64,000 nt of DNA from an uncultured Geobacteraceae bacterium (GTDB lineage Bacteria > Desulfobacterota > Desulfuromonadia > Geobacterales > Pseudopelobacteraceae), in contig CAZDWS010000003.1 in assembly GCA_964509295.1 (NCBI GenBank), positions 143,300 through 207,299 of the forward strand, written 5' to 3'. The notes beneath the pieces are model-generated. The model saw nothing but the letters and a program-made list of their open reading frames with translations. It made no database searches and was not told the origin of the DNA. This document shows, piece after piece, positions 20,603 through 30,740 of the stretch (within the stretch, counting starts at the first letter, position 1; each line of letters opens with the position of its first letter). The translations under genes were made by a program, and so were the position numbers.

Positions 20603-21313
20603 TCAAACCCTACCGGATGCTGCCACATCTACAAGCCACACTGGACTACCAACAGAAGATTTTATGAGTTGAGCCGGCAAAGTCAGAGGATCGTAGGGGC
20701 CATTCAGAACATCGTTCAGAATGGCTGCCTTGTTTTTACCACTTACAAGAAAAAGTATTTTTTGAGCCATATTTATTACTGATGGCGTCAAACTGATTCG
20801 ACAAATATCACCTGCTTTCCTGGTCACAACAACAAAACGATCCTCAGGATAATCTACTTTACCAGGAAAGAGAGAGGCGGTGTGCCCATCTTCTCCCAAG
20901 CCAAGAAAAACAAGGTCAAAAGCTGCCGTACTGTTGGAAAAAAAATTGCGAAGTTTTGATTCATAGTCATCAGCCGCCTGGGATGGCATCAGATCTGATT
21001 GAATAACATGAACGTGATCTCCAGAGGTCGGGATTTTATTGATTAATATCCTATGGGCCGTAAATGCATTATTGCGAGGATCATTTAAGGGTACACAGCG
21101 CTCATCACCCCAGAAAAAATGCACATTGTTCCAGGGAATGGCCGAGTAATATGGATCTTGTGACAAAAGTTCATATGTACGGCCGGGTGTTTCGCCACCT
21201 GCCAACAAGACAGCAAAAAAACCTTTTTGCTTAACCGCCTTTACAGCTTCTTCAGCAAAAATTTCTGCGGCTGCCTTACTGAGCAAATCAATATTTTCAT
21301 AGATGCAAATCAA
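20603..21313 (-). CDS. pgl: 6-phosphogluconolactonase
   Basis: 236 aa. 'LLAGGETP' DevB/Pgl motif. It overlaps zwf by 4 nt. Confidence 0.85.
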   Translation of the reverse strand: MICIYENIDLLSKAAAEIFAEEAVKAVKQKGFFAVLLAGGETPGRTYELLSQDPYYSAIPWNNVHFFWGDERCVPLNDPRNNAFTAHRILINKIPTSGDHVHVIQSDLMPSQAADDYESKLRNFFSNSTAAFDLVFLGLGEDGHTASLFPGKVDYPEDRFVVVTRKAGDICRISLTPSVINMAQKILFLVSGKNKAAILNDVLNGPYDPLTLPAQLIKSSVGSPVWLVDVAASGRV

Positions 21314-22833
21314 TCAAGCACCTCAGTGACAGCAGGCTGGATCCAACGGTGCCCTTCCCTTGCGATCATCAAGTCTGCCGTCTCAGGCCCCCAACTGCCG
21401 GCCGGATAGTCAGGAAAATCGGCTGGTGGCAGAGACTCCCAAGCCTCCAGAAAAGGAGCGACCAATCCCCAGGCGCATTCCACCTGATCGGCGCGCATGA
21501 ACAGGGTTGCATCCCCACGAATAATATCCAGCAATAAGGTTTCATAGGCATCGGGTGTAGCTGTTTTAAACGCATCGCTGTAACGGAACTGCATCTCTGC
21601 TGCACCTAACAGAAGCTTTGTTCCAGGGTGCTTGACCTGAATCCGGGTTACTATCCCCTCTTCCGGCTGAATTCTGATTGTAATCCGGTTTGGCTGCCAG
21701 CTTTCTACTGCAGCAGAGGGAAAAAACTGGTGCGGAGGAGATCGGAATATAATTGAGACCTCGGATACTTTTACCGGCATCCTTTTCCCGGTACGCAGAT
21801 AAAATGGTACACCCTGCCAGCGCCAGTTATCGATATTGAACATGAAGGCCGCATAGGTTTCAGTGGATGAGTTCTCCGCAATATTCTTTTCTTCGCGATA
21901 TCCGGATACCGCTTTACCAGAAATGCTGCCCTTGCGATATTGTCCCCTGACAGCTACCCTGTGAATATCTTCAATGCGAATTGGCCGTATGGCGTGCAGG
22001 ACGTCAACTTTTTTATTGCGAATTTCGTCGGCCTCAAAAGAAATCGGCGGCTCCATGGCAACCAGGCAAAGAATCTGCAAAAGATGATTTTGAACCATAT
22101 CGCGCAAGACACCGGCCTGGTCAAAATACTCACCCCGAGATTCAACACCGACTGTTTCAGCAACTGTTATCTGCACATGGTCAATATAGCGACGATCCCA
22201 GATAGGCTCAAACAATGAATTGGCAAAACGGAAGGCTAGAATGTTCTGAACTGTTTCCTTGCCCAGGTAATGATCAATACGATAGATCTGTGATTCATCA
22301 AAAATACTGTCCAGAAAAAGGTTCAGTTCCCTTGCGGTAGCAAGATCTCTACCAAACGGCTTTTCTATAACTATTCTGTCCAGCTTGCAGTTTTTGCAGA
22401 CACCAAGCCTGACCATCATCCTGGCCGCCATCTCCATCATGGTCGGCGGTATGGCAAGATAATAAACCCGGTTGGCCCTGCATCCCCATTCCGCCTCAAT
22501 GGTATCCAGTTGCAGATTAAGCTGTGCACCGGATTCCTGATCGCTCATGTCTTCAGAAACATAGTAAATCTTATCAGCAAACTTTTGCCAGATAGTATTG
22601 TCTGTCTTACCACGACGGGAAAACTGATCAACACCCTCTTGTAAATGCTTACGGAAAGCCTCGTTTTCAATTTGTTTTCGTGCTGCACCAATTATGGCAA
22701 ACTTTTCAGGCAGATGACTATCCATTAACAGATTATATAGCGCAGGCACTAACTTGCGCCAGGTCAGATCGCCACCAGCACCAATAATTACGATAATTGT
22801 CGGTTCAAGCCTGGTTTTACTTATCATGTTCAC
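21310..22833 (-). CDS. zwf: Glucose-6-phosphate 1-dehydrogenase
   Basis: 507 aa. N-terminal NADP-binding 'IIGAGGDLTWRKL' and the active-site 'RIDHYLGKE' signature. Confidence 0.9.
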   Translation of the reverse strand: MNMISKTRLEPTIIVIIGAGGDLTWRKLVPALYNLLMDSHLPEKFAIIGAARKQIENEAFRKHLQEGVDQFSRRGKTDNTIWQKFADKIYYVSEDMSDQESGAQLNLQLDTIEAEWGCRANRVYYLAIPPTMMEMAARMMVRLGVCKNCKLDRIVIEKPFGRDLATARELNLFLDSIFDESQIYRIDHYLGKETVQNILAFRFANSLFEPIWDRRYIDHVQITVAETVGVESRGEYFDQAGVLRDMVQNHLLQILCLVAMEPPISFEADEIRNKKVDVLHAIRPIRIEDIHRVAVRGQYRKGSISGKAVSGYREEKNIAENSSTETYAAFMFNIDNWRWQGVPFYLRTGKRMPVKVSEVSIIFRSPPHQFFPSAAVESWQPNRITIRIQPEEGIVTRIQVKHPGTKLLLGAAEMQFRYSDAFKTATPDAYETLLLDIIRGDATLFMRADQVECAWGLVAPFLEAWESLPPADFPDYPAGSWGPETADLMIAREGHRWIQPAVTEVLD

Positions 22834-23855
22834 TCACCTTTTCCAGATGACTTCTCCTTATGTCCACCAAACTGGTAGCGCATAGCTGACAATACCCTGT
22901 CTGCAAAATCCGACTCTCCACGTGAACTGAAGCGCTGGTAAAGGGCTGTACTGAGTACCGGTGCCGGTACACCTTCTTCAATAGCGGCGCTGATTGTCCA
23001 ACGACCTTCACCCGAGTCAGATACATGGCCGGAAAAACCGTCCAGATCCCTGTTTTCACTGAATGCCCTGGCACTAAGATCCAGCAACCAGGAAGAAACA
23101 ACGCTTCCACGTCGCCAAAGCTCTGAAATATCAGCCAGATTAAAGTCATACTGAAAGTGTTCCGGGTTACGCAGGGGGGTTGTTTCAGCGTCGGTTTCCC
23201 GGGTACTGCTGCCGCAATTGGCGTGTTGCAGAATATTGAACCCCTCGGCGTAGGCGGCCATCAGACCATATTCAATACCGTTATGTACCATTTTAACAAA
23301 ATGGCCTGCTCCGTGTGGTCCACAGTGCAGATAACCGCCATCGGCAGTTGAACCTGAATCCACCCTGCCCGGTGTAGCTTCTGCCGCCTGATTACCGGGA
23401 GAAAGTGCATTAAAGATCGGATCCAGATGTTGTACAGTTTCAGGCTCTCCCCCAATCATCAGACAATAGCCTCTTTCTCGTCCCCAGACTCCGCCACTGG
23501 TACCCACATCAAGATAATGAATTCCCTTTTGCTTCAATTCCGTACTCCTGCGAATATCATCATGGTAATGGGAGTTACCGCCATCAACTATGATGTCACC
23601 ACTATCTAACAGCGGAAGTATCTTTTCAATCATGTCATCCACTGCAGCGGCCGGGATCATCAGCCAGACAACTCGCGGTGCTGCCAGAGAGGAAATAAAT
23701 TCCGGCAGGGATAATGTACCAGTAGCACCTTCACCGACAAGCACATCCACAGCTGCTGCATTACGTCCGTAAACAACACACTCGTGTCCCTTTGTCAGCA
23801 GACGACGAATCATGTCACCACCCATACGACCTATTCCAATCATACCAATCTGCAT
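22830..23855 (-). CDS. gnd: 6-phosphogluconate dehydrogenase (decarboxylating), short ~340-aa form
   Basis: 'MQIGMIGIGRMGGDM' Rossmann N-terminus and the 6PGDH catalytic region. A 4-nt overlap with zwf suggests an operon. Confidence 0.8.
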   Translation of the reverse strand: MQIGMIGIGRMGGDMIRRLLTKGHECVVYGRNAAAVDVLVGEGATGTLSLPEFISSLAAPRVVWLMIPAAAVDDMIEKILPLLDSGDIIVDGGNSHYHDDIRRSTELKQKGIHYLDVGTSGGVWGRERGYCLMIGGEPETVQHLDPIFNALSPGNQAAEATPGRVDSGSTADGGYLHCGPHGAGHFVKMVHNGIEYGLMAAYAEGFNILQHANCGSSTRETDAETTPLRNPEHFQYDFNLADISELWRRGSVVSSWLLDLSARAFSENRDLDGFSGHVSDSGEGRWTISAAIEEGVPAPVLSTALYQRFSSRGESDFADRVLSAMRYQFGGHKEKSSGKGE

Positions 23856-23890
23856 AATCTCTCTCCGTTTCCCCTCCCTTGCCGGGAGAA

Positions 23891-23930
23891 GTCAAAAAAA
23901 GCAAAAGGCGGGGAAAACCCGCCTTTTTAT
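23891..23930 (-). terminator. Rho-independent terminator after hisS, bidirectional T-tracts
   Basis: GGCGGG-gaaaa-CCCGCC stem flanked by a T-run on the plus strand and an A-run upstream (T-run on the minus strand). It separates hisS from the gnd operon. Confidence 0.6.
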
Positions 23931-23931
23931 T

Positions 23932-25176
23932 TTAACACAATATTTTTACTGCGGCTTCAGCCGTCAAATCCGACTCTATCTGCTCGCCATCTTCCATGCG
24001 TTTGAATATTGCCTTACGGGATGCCACCTCATTCTCTCCGATAACAACACTGTATCGTGCCTTTAGTTTGTCAGCACGTCGCATCTGGCTTTTCAGGCTT
24101 TTACCCTCATAATCCAGCTCTACCCTTACGCCTGCCTGCTGAAGTTCGGTCATCAAAGTAAAAGCCTTGCTGCGAACATCAGTTCCAAGTGTTGCGATAA
24201 AAAGATCCGGTCGTTTTACAAAATCGCGTTCCTCCAGTAAAAGAGCTACACGTTCCACGCCGATGGCAAATCCGATGCCCGGTATTGAGGGACCACCCAG
24301 TTGAGAGATTAGCCCATCATAGCGACCACCGGCAGCAACGGCCGACTGTGATCCCAACAGACCGGTTACCAGCTCAAATGTGGTTCGCGTATAATAATCC
24401 AGACCTCTGACCATGCGCGGATTTATGTTGTAAGTGGTTCCGGTCAGTTCAAGATAATTTCTTACGGCTCCAAAATGATCTTCACAGCTGCCACAGAGAT
24501 GATCCAGCATGGATGGAGCGCCGGCAGTAGCCTCGGCGCAGCCCGGCACCTTGCAGTCCAGGGTGCGCAAAGGGTTGGTTTTAAATCTCCGTTTGCAGTC
24601 TTCGCACAGATGATCAAGACGGACTTCCAGAAACGCCAGCAGCGCCTTGCGATAATCCGGTCGGCAGTCATGGCAGCCGAGCGAATTGATCTGCAGTTTG
24701 GGTTCATCCAGCCCAATTTTTTTGAAAAAAGCACAGAGCATATTCAGCACCTGGGCGTCTACCATCGGATCGTTAACGCCGGTTACTTCGGCACCGATCT
24801 GGTGAAACTGGCGATAGCGACCCTTTTGAGGCCGCTCATAACGAAACATCGGTCCCAGGTAGTAAAGCTTGCTGACCGGATCTGTTGCATAAAGCTTGTT
24901 TTCAATCAATGCTCTCATGACACCGGCAGTACCTTCCGGTCTGAGAGTGATGCTGTTTTCACCTTTATCAACAAAGGAATACATCTCTTTTTCAACGATG
25001 TCGGTGGCATCACCGATTGAACGGCAGAACAGTTCCGTCTTTTCCATAATCGGTACACGTATTTCTGAAAAACCGTTCAATTCAAAAGTCTGCCTTGCTG
25101 CCTGTTCAATATATTGCCATCTGCCGGTTTCATCAGGCAGGATATCGTTAAATCCCTTAATTGCCGTTATGGCCAT
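23932..25176 (-). CDS. hisS: Histidine--tRNA ligase
   Basis: 414 aa. Class II aaRS motifs, a HisRS-specific N-terminus 'GFNDILPDETGRWQ', and a C-terminal anticodon-binding domain. Confidence 0.9.
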   Translation of the reverse strand: MAITAIKGFNDILPDETGRWQYIEQAARQTFELNGFSEIRVPIMEKTELFCRSIGDATDIVEKEMYSFVDKGENSITLRPEGTAGVMRALIENKLYATDPVSKLYYLGPMFRYERPQKGRYRQFHQIGAEVTGVNDPMVDAQVLNMLCAFFKKIGLDEPKLQINSLGCHDCRPDYRKALLAFLEVRLDHLCEDCKRRFKTNPLRTLDCKVPGCAEATAGAPSMLDHLCGSCEDHFGAVRNYLELTGTTYNINPRMVRGLDYYTRTTFELVTGLLGSQSAVAAGGRYDGLISQLGGPSIPGIGFAIGVERVALLLEERDFVKRPDLFIATLGTDVRSKAFTLMTELQQAGVRVELDYEGKSLKSQMRRADKLKARYSVVIGENEVASRKAIFKRMEDGEQIESDLTAEAAVKILC

Positions 25177-25220
25177 ACTATCCTCTTAATTGTTTTATAG
25201 TGGACTAATGCGAATTTATT

Positions 25221-26621
25221 TCAGGAGGTTCTCAGGAAGCGATTAACACAGTTTTTGCCTTTGCTCTTCCCCACGTACATGGCCTTGTCAGCCATTTCAA
25301 GCAGATCATTTTTAGAGACCGTATCTTCCGGGCAGCAGGAATAACCGATGCTGCATGTCAAACGGATACTATATCCCTCTGACGCCAGAAAATTATTTGC
25401 TTCTACTCTTTTCCGGATACGTTCAGCAACAACCAGGGCCTCTTCCGGCCGTGTTTCAACCAATACTATCGTATACTCGTCTCCACCGTAACGAATCACA
25501 ACATCCACGTCACGAACAGACTTTTTGAGCAGTGCCCCCATCTCTTTCAGCACCTTGCTGCCCACCAGATGGCCATGGGTGTCATTGACAAGCTTGAAAC
25601 AGTCCAGATCAAGAAAGATGATCGCCAGATGCGAAGTATAACGTTCTACGCGTTTTAGCTCGCGCTCCAGAACAACTTCCAGATAACGATTATTGTACAT
25701 TCCGCTCAGGTCATCTACAAATAGCATGTCCTTGGCGTGATTGAACTTTTGGGCATTGTCAAAGGCTCTTACGGATTGCTCAAGAAGAAACATGACGTTT
25801 TTACTCTTCGGTTCAAAATCCGGCAGATCAGCATCAACATCGTTAAAAGCCGCAACCAGACCAATCAACGCACCTTTATTGCGAACAAAAACCAGGTAAG
25901 CCTGGTTGACTCCGGATTGACTTACTTCGACCTCAGAATCCTGCTGCTTGGCAAAAACTATTTTTTGAACCGCTTTGGACTTTTTCAGATCTTTGCCAAG
26001 AAATGGCAGAATCATATTGTGCAAAATAAATGCAACAGGATTGGACAGCCCTTTGACATCTTTCAGTTCAAGGCCGTTTTCAGTTACAAACAACCCTATT
26101 CCCCGACTGACTCCAATTTCACGAACAATTGCTTCCAATGTGAGATGACAGATCCGTTCCAGATCAAGACAGCCGGATATATTCTGACTGGTCTGAAACA
26201 GGTTGAGCATATTCTTGAGTTCTTCATTTTCATCAAGGATTCTGCGTTTTTCAAGACACTGGGCAACAGAATGCAGGAATTCGTCAGAGTTTACAGGTTT
26301 GACCAGATAATCATGAACACCATGCTTGAGGGCATAGATGGCAGATTCCATATTGGCATTACCGGTAACCATGATAACGTCAATTGTTGAGTCTTTCTCC
26401 TTAACCTTGGAGAGAATCTCCATACCACTGATATCAGGCATGACCAGATCGGTTATAACGAGACCGTACTGATTGGCGGAGATCATCTCAAGACCTTCGG
26501 CACCATCAGCAGCGCAATCAACATCATAGCCCTGAGACTTTAGTAGGCCAGAGAACATGTCCCTGAAAAACCGGTCATCTTCGACAATCAGAATTTTGTC
26601 CATAGTCGAAACAAGCCTCAA
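25221..26621 (-). CDS. Response regulator REC-GAF-GGDEF (diguanylate cyclase-type; the motif reads GGDEY)
   Basis: REC 'ILIVEDD...DLVMPDISGME', a central GAF-like region, and a C-terminal GGDEF domain with 'RYGGDEYTIV'. Confidence 0.85.
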   Translation of the reverse strand: MRLVSTMDKILIVEDDRFFRDMFSGLLKSQGYDVDCAADGAEGLEMISANQYGLVITDLVMPDISGMEILSKVKEKDSTIDVIMVTGNANMESAIYALKHGVHDYLVKPVNSDEFLHSVAQCLEKRRILDENEELKNMLNLFQTSQNISGCLDLERICHLTLEAIVREIGVSRGIGLFVTENGLELKDVKGLSNPVAFILHNMILPFLGKDLKKSKAVQKIVFAKQQDSEVEVSQSGVNQAYLVFVRNKGALIGLVAAFNDVDADLPDFEPKSKNVMFLLEQSVRAFDNAQKFNHAKDMLFVDDLSGMYNNRYLEVVLERELKRVERYTSHLAIIFLDLDCFKLVNDTHGHLVGSKVLKEMGALLKKSVRDVDVVIRYGGDEYTIVLVETRPEEALVVAERIRKRVEANNFLASEGYSIRLTCSIGYSCCPEDTVSKNDLLEMADKAMYVGKSKGKNCVNRFLRTS

Positions 26622-26699
26622 CTTGAAATAGTTTACGAGTTGGAAACGAAATAGTAGTTCTAATTATTTACAGCATTTACGGCTACAGGTCAAACAGCT

Positions 26700-29123
26700 T
26701 TATTTTTTACCAATCTTAACACGATCTGAATGCGTGATAACATTCCAACTCTTTCCATCACTTGACAAGTCAATTGTACCATCATTATCTGTCCGGTATA
26801 CATGTATACCTCGTTTTTCAAGCTGGTTAACCGTATCCTGCGAAGGTAAACCAAAACTGTTTCCCTTTCCGGCCGAAATAAGTGCGACCTGAGGATCTAC
26901 ACGCTCCAAAAAATCAGGCAGGGTTGAATATCGGCTGCCATGATGCCCGACCTTCAGTACTGTAGACTTGATACTCCGCTTTTCATTCAATATGCGTTGT
27001 TCCGTAGCAAAGCCAGCATCGGCAGTAAATAATATATTAACCTCTCCAAAGTTAATACTGAACACAAGAGACTCTTCGTTCAGGTCAACATCGTCAGAAG
27101 CTTTTTTTACCGAAGGCGAATGAACTGTCATCAAAACACCTTCCGCCAGTTTAAAACTGTCGCCTGCTGCAAATTGACGTATGGGTATGTGCTGTTCCGC
27201 CAGATTACTGCACAGCTGTTCATATTGTCTGCCATAACCACCCGAAACAGGTTCCATGAATTCGCCGACCGGAATCATTCTGGCAGTAAAAGACAATCCA
27301 CCGATATGATCCGGGTGGCTGTGTGTCATGACCATTCGATCAATACGCTTAATCCTCATCTTATTTAGAGCCGGTACCAGTAAACGTTCACCAAAATCCC
27401 GACCATTATCATTGAGATACCCGCCACCGTCCACAAGCATGGTCGTACCATCCGGCATCCGCAGCAGTATGGATTCCCCCTGCCCGACACTGAGCATAGT
27501 GACATGCAGTTTTCCGTCTGAGAGTTGAGGCGTCGCCAGGTGAACAGCTATTGCCAATAAGGGCAGCAACAGACAAAGAGACTTCTTGAAACGGGTATTT
27601 AAATCAAAGGTCAAAATTAACATGACCGCTAAAAAAATCAACATATCCAGTCCCGTAATACCATGGAAACCGACCACCGGAACCTGTGCAAACAGGTTAA
27701 TCAGCCAATTTGAAATCTGCACTATTTTTGCCGTAATCCATAGAAGGATATGGGCAATCGGTGGAAACAGGTAAACAAACGGCAAAGCACAGAAACCGGT
27801 CAGAACGGCGCCATAGCCCAAAAGCGGAACAATTATGAAATTAGTAAATATTCCATTCAAAGAAACCTGGTTAAAATAGTACAACACCGGAACCACAGTG
27901 GCTGCAACAGCAGCCAGCGAAGTCAGAGTAAACTGAACCAGCATACGAATCGTTTTATTTTCAATTTTTCCAAACCTGCTCATTATAGGCATAACGACAA
28001 CCGTTATCCCCCACAGGGCCAGAAAGGAAAGTTGAAAAGACAAATCAAACAAGGTTGGCGGATTCAGGACAACCAGCAGTAAGGCGGACAATAGGAGTAC
28101 ATTGACAGGATCACTCTCTCTTTCCACATACAGCGCAACAACAAAAGCAGCCAACATAATTACAGAACGAGCCGTGGCAGGTGCTGAACCGGTCAAGAGC
28201 AGATACAAGATCATGGCCGGCAGGGCCAGCAGTAAGACCATTCTTCTTAAATTGAACCTGAGTGCCAGATATTCAAATCGTGTAGTAATAAGCAATGAAA
28301 TCTGGACAATGAAAACTGCTATGATCCCGATGTGAAAACCGGAAATGGAAAGGATGTGGTTGACACCGGACCTGGTATAGGCATCGGCCAAAGTTACTGG
28401 AATTCTCTTTTGATCGCCAATCAGCAGTGCCGTAACTACAGATGAAATATTTTCATCCGGTATTGACGCGCGGATAAAGTTACCGAGTCTGAGAGCAATC
28501 AGATCAGCACGGCGCAATAAAGAATCCTCCGCCCCACCCCTCATCAACACTATATCTTCGGAGCTATCAACTCTTCCCGTAGCAGCTATTTTACGAAAAG
28601 CCAGAAAGCGGGGATAGTCAAACTCACCCGGCAGACCAAGTTTATGGGGAACTGTAATGCGGGTTAAAAATCTGATTTTATCCCCTCGCGAAAAAGCGGC
28701 TTCGCCATTTGAGAGATAGATCATCAGATTACCGCTGGCAAGACTCATGGTTCTCTCGCTGGCAACTCCCTCCACCCGCAGAACAAAGCTTCCTGACAGT
28801 CCTTCCTGATTTACTGTTGTAACAGGCCGCGAGATTATTACGCCCTGAACAATTACCGGAGTTCGTGAAACATGATTGATAATTGAATCGGAAAATAAAA
28901 CCGGAGATTTCCAATGGGACAAGGCGGTTAGGCCACAAACAAGAAAAAAACAGATATTACACAGATTAAACAGATTGCGATTGGTAATAAAACAGCAGAT
29001 AACAAGGCAGGCCAAAACTGTCAATACGGCGGAAAACGGCAACAGAAATCCGAAAGAGTCTGACAGAACCAGACCAGTTGCCAGTGAAATAAAAGGAATC
29101 AGAAGCGGGTGCTTCCTTTCCAA
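26700..29123 (-). CDS. comEC: DNA internalization-related competence protein ComEC/Rec2 (with a C-terminal metallo-beta-lactamase domain)
   Basis: 807 aa. Multi-TM competence domain, DUF4131-like N-terminus, and a C-terminal 'HSHPDHIGG' MBL motif. Confidence 0.85.
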   Translation of the reverse strand: MERKHPLLIPFISLATGLVLSDSFGFLLPFSAVLTVLACLVICCFITNRNLFNLCNICFFLVCGLTALSHWKSPVLFSDSIINHVSRTPVIVQGVIISRPVTTVNQEGLSGSFVLRVEGVASERTMSLASGNLMIYLSNGEAAFSRGDKIRFLTRITVPHKLGLPGEFDYPRFLAFRKIAATGRVDSSEDIVLMRGGAEDSLLRRADLIALRLGNFIRASIPDENISSVVTALLIGDQKRIPVTLADAYTRSGVNHILSISGFHIGIIAVFIVQISLLITTRFEYLALRFNLRRMVLLLALPAMILYLLLTGSAPATARSVIMLAAFVVALYVERESDPVNVLLLSALLLVVLNPPTLFDLSFQLSFLALWGITVVVMPIMSRFGKIENKTIRMLVQFTLTSLAAVAATVVPVLYYFNQVSLNGIFTNFIIVPLLGYGAVLTGFCALPFVYLFPPIAHILLWITAKIVQISNWLINLFAQVPVVGFHGITGLDMLIFLAVMLILTFDLNTRFKKSLCLLLPLLAIAVHLATPQLSDGKLHVTMLSVGQGESILLRMPDGTTMLVDGGGYLNDNGRDFGERLLVPALNKMRIKRIDRMVMTHSHPDHIGGLSFTARMIPVGEFMEPVSGGYGRQYEQLCSNLAEQHIPIRQFAAGDSFKLAEGVLMTVHSPSVKKASDDVDLNEESLVFSINFGEVNILFTADAGFATEQRILNEKRSIKSTVLKVGHHGSRYSTLPDFLERVDPQVALISAGKGNSFGLPSQDTVNQLEKRGIHVYRTDNDGTIDLSSDGKSWNVITHSDRVKIGKK

Positions 29124-29154
29124 AATGTCTCCTTCCTGATCCAGGTATTATGTG

Positions 29155-29195
29155 ATCACAAAAAAGCGGGGAGCGAAAATAATATCCGCTCCCCC
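29155..29195 (-). terminator. Rho-independent terminator (minus strand) after the fbp/small acidic gene pair
   Basis: GGGGAGCG-gatattatttt-CGCTCCCC followed by TTTTTTGTG on the minus strand. Confidence 0.5.
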
Positions 29196-29233
29196 TTAAA
29201 ATATCTATTCAAGTGATGGTGAAACAGTAACAA

Positions 29234-29554
29234 TTAAACATCTTCCTCTTCATCACTAAAATCATCACCGCCAGCTACATCATCTAAACCGTATCCTGCC
29301 AGTTCATCATCATCCAGATCATCATCTGAAATATTTATCCTGGAACAGGCGTCTTCATCAGCAATCTTTTCAAAGCGGGTCAAAAGCTCATCATTTGTAC
29401 AAAAATTGGTGTTTTTGAATTTGCATCTATCAAGATCGCAGAGATCAAACAACTGAATTTCACTGCAGAGACGACGGACCGGCTCTGCGACAATTTCTAA
29501 GCTTTCATCATTATCATCTAACAATATCTTTGACATAATCGACCTAACATTCAC
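29234..29554 (-). CDS. Small highly acidic Cys4 protein (106 aa), hypothetical
   Basis: Four Cys within 21 residues ('CSEIQLFDLCDLDRCKFKNTNFC') and an Asp/Glu-rich tail (DDDLDDDE...DEEEDV). It overlaps the fbp stop by 11 nt. Confidence 0.5.
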   Translation of the reverse strand: MNVRSIMSKILLDDNDESLEIVAEPVRRLCSEIQLFDLCDLDRCKFKNTNFCTNDELLTRFEKIADEDACSRINISDDDLDDDELAGYGLDDVAGGDDFSDEEEDV

Positions 29555-30500
29555 CTTTCAAGAACTGACCGGCTTTGGCAACATCTTCCTTACAACCGAT
29601 ATAAACAGGACAACGCTGATCAAGGCCCTCCGGGTTCACATCCAGGATTCGTACATCACCGTTGGTGGCCGAACCGCCAGCCTGTTCAATCAGGAAAGCC
29701 ATGGGGTTAAGTTCAAACAGCAAACGCAACTTACCTACCGGTGCATCTTCCAGGGCCGGATACATAAATACGCCTTTACCCTTCATCAGTATCTGGTTTA
29801 TATCCGGAACAAATCCGCCGGAATAACGCAGCTTGGACCCCTTATCCTCAAGATAGCGGATAAAGTTTTCGTTTTCCGGTGAATATTTTTTACGCAGGCC
29901 GCCCGGAGAATAGATATCGCCTGAAGGCTTCATACGTACGTTTTCCCTGGTCAGGGTATATTCCATCAACTGGTTCATGGTGAACTCGTAGACCCCTTTT
30001 CCAACCGAGTAGACAAGCGATACTCGAGGTCCGTAAAGAATATACATGGCCCCGACCATGTTGCGTCCTGGCTGCAGCAAATCACAGCCCTGATAAATGC
30101 CCACAATCGTTCCTACGGCAAGATTCACATCAACCAGTGACGATCCATCCAGAGGATCATAGGCAACCGAGAACATGCCCTGTGGATTACTTGTAACTTC
30201 AAAAATTTCATCCATCTCTTCGGAAGCGATATTGCAGACAACGCCGGAATGAATCAGCCTTTTACGCATGATACGGTCAGACAGGACGTCCAGCGCCAGC
30301 TGCTCTTCTCCGTAAAGGTTTGACGTACCGGCCACACCCAGATCACCGGTGCGGATGGCGTTAATAACATATTTGCTGGCCTCAGCGATCTCACAGATCA
30401 GATGCACCATATTATCGCTGATATTCTGACTGCGCAGGTGCTGTCGCAAGTCAACCTGGAATTTTGTTTTACCCGGTTCAGTAGGCATTGCTTCCTCCAC
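29544..30500 (-). CDS. fbp: Fructose-1,6-bisphosphatase class I
   Basis: 'DPLDGSSLVDVNLAVGTIVGIY' matches the FBPase-I metal-binding signature. 318 aa. Confidence 0.85.
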   Translation of the reverse strand: MEEAMPTEPGKTKFQVDLRQHLRSQNISDNMVHLICEIAEASKYVINAIRTGDLGVAGTSNLYGEEQLALDVLSDRIMRKRLIHSGVVCNIASEEMDEIFEVTSNPQGMFSVAYDPLDGSSLVDVNLAVGTIVGIYQGCDLLQPGRNMVGAMYILYGPRVSLVYSVGKGVYEFTMNQLMEYTLTRENVRMKPSGDIYSPGGLRKKYSPENENFIRYLEDKGSKLRYSGGFVPDINQILMKGKGVFMYPALEDAPVGKLRLLFELNPMAFLIEQAGGSATNGDVRILDVNPEGLDQRCPVYIGCKEDVAKAGQFLKGEC

Positions 30501-30740
30501 TATGAGTTATTATTGCTGCTTGCTTCAGTTTCTGAACAATATCCCAAAACAGTTGTATTGGCAAGACAGGCGAAAATAAAAAGTAAATTATTTTTCAGGA
30601 TGCTCCTTTAAACAACATTTTAATTTTCATGAGCCGAATAAAAAATATTAATCAGCACACAATAAACTATACCAATAATTATATTTTATGCTAATTATTC
30701 ACAACTATTTTTGGGCAATAAATACCATCTTGGAGGAGTT

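Noticed and set aside
24475-25020. 181-aa plus-strand ORF opposite hisS
   Set aside because: It lies wholly within hisS, which has clear class II aaRS motifs. This is an antisense artefact.
25737-26390. 217-aa plus-strand ORF opposite the REC-GAF-GGDEF gene
   Set aside because: Antisense of a confidently assigned gene. It has no RBS and an odd composition.
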